The notes under the pieces are model-generated. The model did not search any database and had not been told where the DNA came from. It was given only the letters and a program-made list of their open reading frames with translations. The translations under genes were made by a program, and so were the position numbers. Below are positions 37,492 through 39,927 of a DNA stretch of 39,927 nucleotides, one piece after another (positions within the stretch are counted from its first letter, which is position 1; each line of letters starts with the position of its first letter). Source of the DNA: Candidatus Hodarchaeum mangrovi (lineage in GTDB: Archaea > Asgardarchaeota > Heimdallarchaeia > Hodarchaeales > Hodarchaeaceae); the NCBI GenBank assembly GCA_016839515.1, contig JAEOUE010000134.1, positions 1 through 39,927 of the forward strand, written 5' to 3'.

Positions 37492-39927
37492 CTAAATAAT
37501 TGGGTAATCAAAAAAATAATCCTCTATTAACGATTGAATTATAAAATCAGTCAAGACTTTTTTATATACCTCTAAAATTCTTGAATAATTGAACTTTCGA
37601 AGGCTAGAATATTTCTTTAGATTAATTTCATTTCCGATTTTAAAATTATAATACATCTTTTCCCATTCATCAAATTGAATTGGTTTTATCAATAATCTTA
37701 ATTTATCAGATAGAAATACAGATCTGTTTTTTCCTTTTATTTGATATAATTCATTGATCAGAGCACCAATTAATTTTTCCTCGAAATATGTTTGAATGGG
37801 AATTCCTAATTCTAAGGCGGACTTTTCCTCTGTAAGGAATATTAGATATTCAGCGAGTTGTGCGAAAAGGATACTGTACTTTAGAAAATCTTTGTGAATA
37901 GGAAAGAACTCAAGAGGTTCCCCAAAAAATTCGAGTTGATTTCCCTTTTTTTTACCCATCCAATAAAACCAAAAATAGGCCAACTGGGAGTTAAGAATTA
38001 ATGATAACCCTTTAAGTAATCTTGAACCTTCAGATAAACTCATTGATGATATAAAATAAACGTCCTGAGCAGCAAACCATGGATATGAATTATACGCAAA
38101 TGAATTAATCATCCTTCTCTGAGGTGTAATAATTTTTGGGGATAAAAAAATATCAATTTTTCGAGGTCTATTGAGATAAGGAAATTTATCTAAAGAGCGT
38201 TGAAGGACAGATTCAAAGGTGTCCAAATGTCTTTTTATATTAGGAAGTGATTCAATATCAGATATATTCTTATCAAGATATATTATCATTTTATTCGTTG
38301 AAATAGAGGAGTGAAATCTTGAAATATCTGAACTTTTGTAAAAAAATTTTACAAGCTCTACTTCTTGAAGAAGGAATGTCATTAAAAGGTTTTTATCTCT
38401 AGGGTGATTTAGATTCAGTATAAAGACTCCTGAATTTATGTGTTTTTCATCAATTTTATATTTATTCACTTGAATCCTAGAAATCTTATTCATTCCTGTT
38501 ATAATTCCCTCTCTTACCTTAAATCCTGATAAACGTAACTGTTTAGAAGATGAGATTATCTTTTTGACTAATTCTGAAACATTTTGAGGAATAAAATGAA
38601 AGTATGGAGTAAAACCATTAAAACGAATTTGGCCTTTTGGAATATTATAATGAGTTTGAAGATCTATCTTCTTAACTAAATCAGTACCTACAGGATATTT
38701 TTTCGTAAATTGAGTACATTTAATAAGAATATCTTCTTTTTGAGTCTTTTTAAGAGTAAAGGAATTTACATGGATTCCAAGTGCTGAATTAAAGACTGAA
38801 TTATCTCCAAAATTAATATATTTATCAATTTCTGTTTCTCTAAAGATTCTTTCTCTAAGGGTTTTTCCTCCTGAAGCTGTTATCCAATAATTTGAAGTTA
38901 AAAAGGTCATATACCCATTTTCTTGAAGTAGGTCTATCGCACGGTGAACAAAAAGATACCATAAATCCATCTTACCTTCATAATAATTAGGAAAAACTCG
39001 CGAGAGAACTCTGAAAAATTCTTTATTACCACTTTCTCCCTTATAAGGAGGATTACATAGAATAACACTAAATCCTTTAGAAAAATTAAGAATAAGAGGA
39101 TATCTTAAGGGCCAATGAAATAATTGCCTAAAATAATAATCTGGAACATCTTTTGAATTATTATACAAGGAAGTGAAAGAATCTGATATTCTTGTATTTA
39201 AAGAATCTAAAAGATGATCTAATTCTCTAAAAACCAGATTTTTTCCAGAAAGAAGCCAAATTTTTTTAAGAATGTTTGATAATGTGTATAATTCCTTAAA
39301 ATTCCTTAAAATAATTAATTTATCGGAACTTTTAAGCTTCTGTATTAAATGACAATTATTACTTGGGATAATATGTTCTACGGATTGAATGGCATGAAGG
39401 AGATAAACTTGAAGGGATTTACTAATTTGAATATTCTCCTCAAGAGGAAATAGATGCTTTTTTTCACTTATTTGATCTAAAATTTTAAAATTAAAGACAT
39501 TAGAAACTAATCCTAAAATCGAATTTCCCTCTTTTATGTTATCAAATATAATATCAAAATTATAAGCATCAAAGTCGAATTCTTTCTCAATAGTGTTAAT
39601 CGCTGATAGGAATAATCTTAATTTAATGATTTTAACTGCAATTGGATCTAATTCGACACCAAAAAGATTGTTCGGACAAATAAGCTTTGTTATTATTTTA
39701 AATTTGAAATGGTTTAAAGAGGTCGATCCATCAAGGATTTTTTGTTTTAAATCACCATACTCGTCAAGTTCATAATAATAGAAAATAGGAACATTAGCGG
39801 AGTTGATTGCAGCAATTTTCCTCCTCAAAGACAAATAAATTTCAATTAGAAATATTAAGCTTGATTCTAAAAAATTTCCTGTTCCTGCTGTTGGATCTAG
39901 AACTTTTAAATGCTGTAGAATATCAAA
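37492..39927 (-). CDS. Gamma-class (Eco57I-like) N6-adenine DNA methyltransferase, 5' end outside the window
   Basis: The frame stays open upstream of the track start at 39834 and reads FDILQHLKVLDPTAGTGNFL (motif I). It continues LFGVELD, GNSI, FHWPLRYP, LCNPPY, DLWYLF and a TaqI_C-like tail (PKIITPQR ... LILNSQL). Confidence 0.9.
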   Translation of the reverse strand, partial: FDILQHLKVLDPTAGTGNFLESSLIFLIEIYLSLRRKIAAINSANVPIFYYYELDEYGDLKQKILDGSTSLNHFKFKIITKLICPNNLFGVELDPIAVKIIKLRLFLSAINTIEKEFDFDAYNFDIIFDNIKEGNSILGLVSNVFNFKILDQISEKKHLFPLEENIQISKSLQVYLLHAIQSVEHIIPSNNCHLIQKLKSSDKLIILRNFKELYTLSNILKKIWLLSGKNLVFRELDHLLDSLNTRISDSFTSLYNNSKDVPDYYFRQLFHWPLRYPLILNFSKGFSVILCNPPYKGESGNKEFFRVLSRVFPNYYEGKMDLWYLFVHRAIDLLQENGYMTFLTSNYWITASGGKTLRERIFRETEIDKYINFGDNSVFNSALGIHVNSFTLKKTQKEDILIKCTQFTKKYPVGTDLVKKIDLQTHYNIPKGQIRFNGFTPYFHFIPQNVSELVKKIISSSKQLRLSGFKVREGIITGMNKISRIQVNKYKIDEKHINSGVFILNLNHPRDKNLLMTFLLQEVELVKFFYKSSDISRFHSSISTNKMIIYLDKNISDIESLPNIKRHLDTFESVLQRSLDKFPYLNRPRKIDIFLSPKIITPQRRMINSFAYNSYPWFAAQDVYFISSMSLSEGSRLLKGLSLILNSQLAYFWFYWMGKKKGNQLEFFGEPLEFFPIHKDFLKYSILFAQLAEYLIFLTEEKSALELGIPIQTYFEEKLIGALINELYQIKGKNRSVFLSDKLRLLIKPIQFDEWEKMYYNFKIGNEINLKKYSSLRKFNYSRILEVYKKVLTDFIIQSLIEDYFFDYPII

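Noticed and set aside
1697-39775. Short alternative-frame or antisense ORFs in the track (e.g. 1697, 3231, 5842, 7270, 7935, 11238, 12446, 13266, 13812, 16780, 18820, 20620, 21457, 21951, 22584, 24197, 26011, 26919, 28324, 28797, 32410, 34895, 37077, 39593)
   Set aside because: All lie largely within well-supported genes, carry no motifs and look like shadow ORFs.
39832-39834. Track start of the last methyltransferase
   Set aside because: The frame is open to the window edge and contains motif I (DPTAGTGNF) upstream, so the real start is outside the window.
1-39927. CRISPR arrays, tRNA/rRNA genes, IS elements, integrases, queC/D/E or folE genes
   Set aside because: None recognised by eye. 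Intergenic spaces are short or very AT-rich and lack regularly spaced repeats or cloverleaf signatures.

Overview
AT-rich archaeal chromosomal window, most likely from an Asgard archaeon (Heimdallarchaeia-like). That assignment is an inference from the TFB gene, the Lrp-TRASH copper regulator, AGGTGA Shine-Dalgarno sites, a GF-TM-basic C-terminal sorting tail and a bacterial/eukaryotic-type MetK. The centre (~8-31 kb) holds housekeeping and metabolic genes: GT-C glycosyltransferase, P-loop-wHTH protein, standalone PEP-synthase ATP-grasp domain, copA/copR, metK, MTI/purine phosphorylase, BMP protein, FAD oxidoreductase with ferredoxin, PPi-type PFK, subtilase, hflX, GH38 and tfb. Both ends hold nucleic-acid modification clusters, with six amino-methyltransferases of several classes and no recognisable restriction nuclease. 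The most striking locus (31.6-39.9 kb) has two divergently transcribed Zn-less TGT/DpdA-like transglycosylases flanking a DUF6884-like small protein. Next to them lie a tandem-duplicated Mod-like methyltransferase (inactive TRD-bearing half plus active TRD-poor half), a SIRT6/7-like sirtuin and a further gamma-class methyltransferase. Together these are a candidate undescribed DNA base-exchange/methylation system. I saw no rRNA, tRNA, CRISPR array or transposase. All family assignments come from motifs read by eye; no searches were run.
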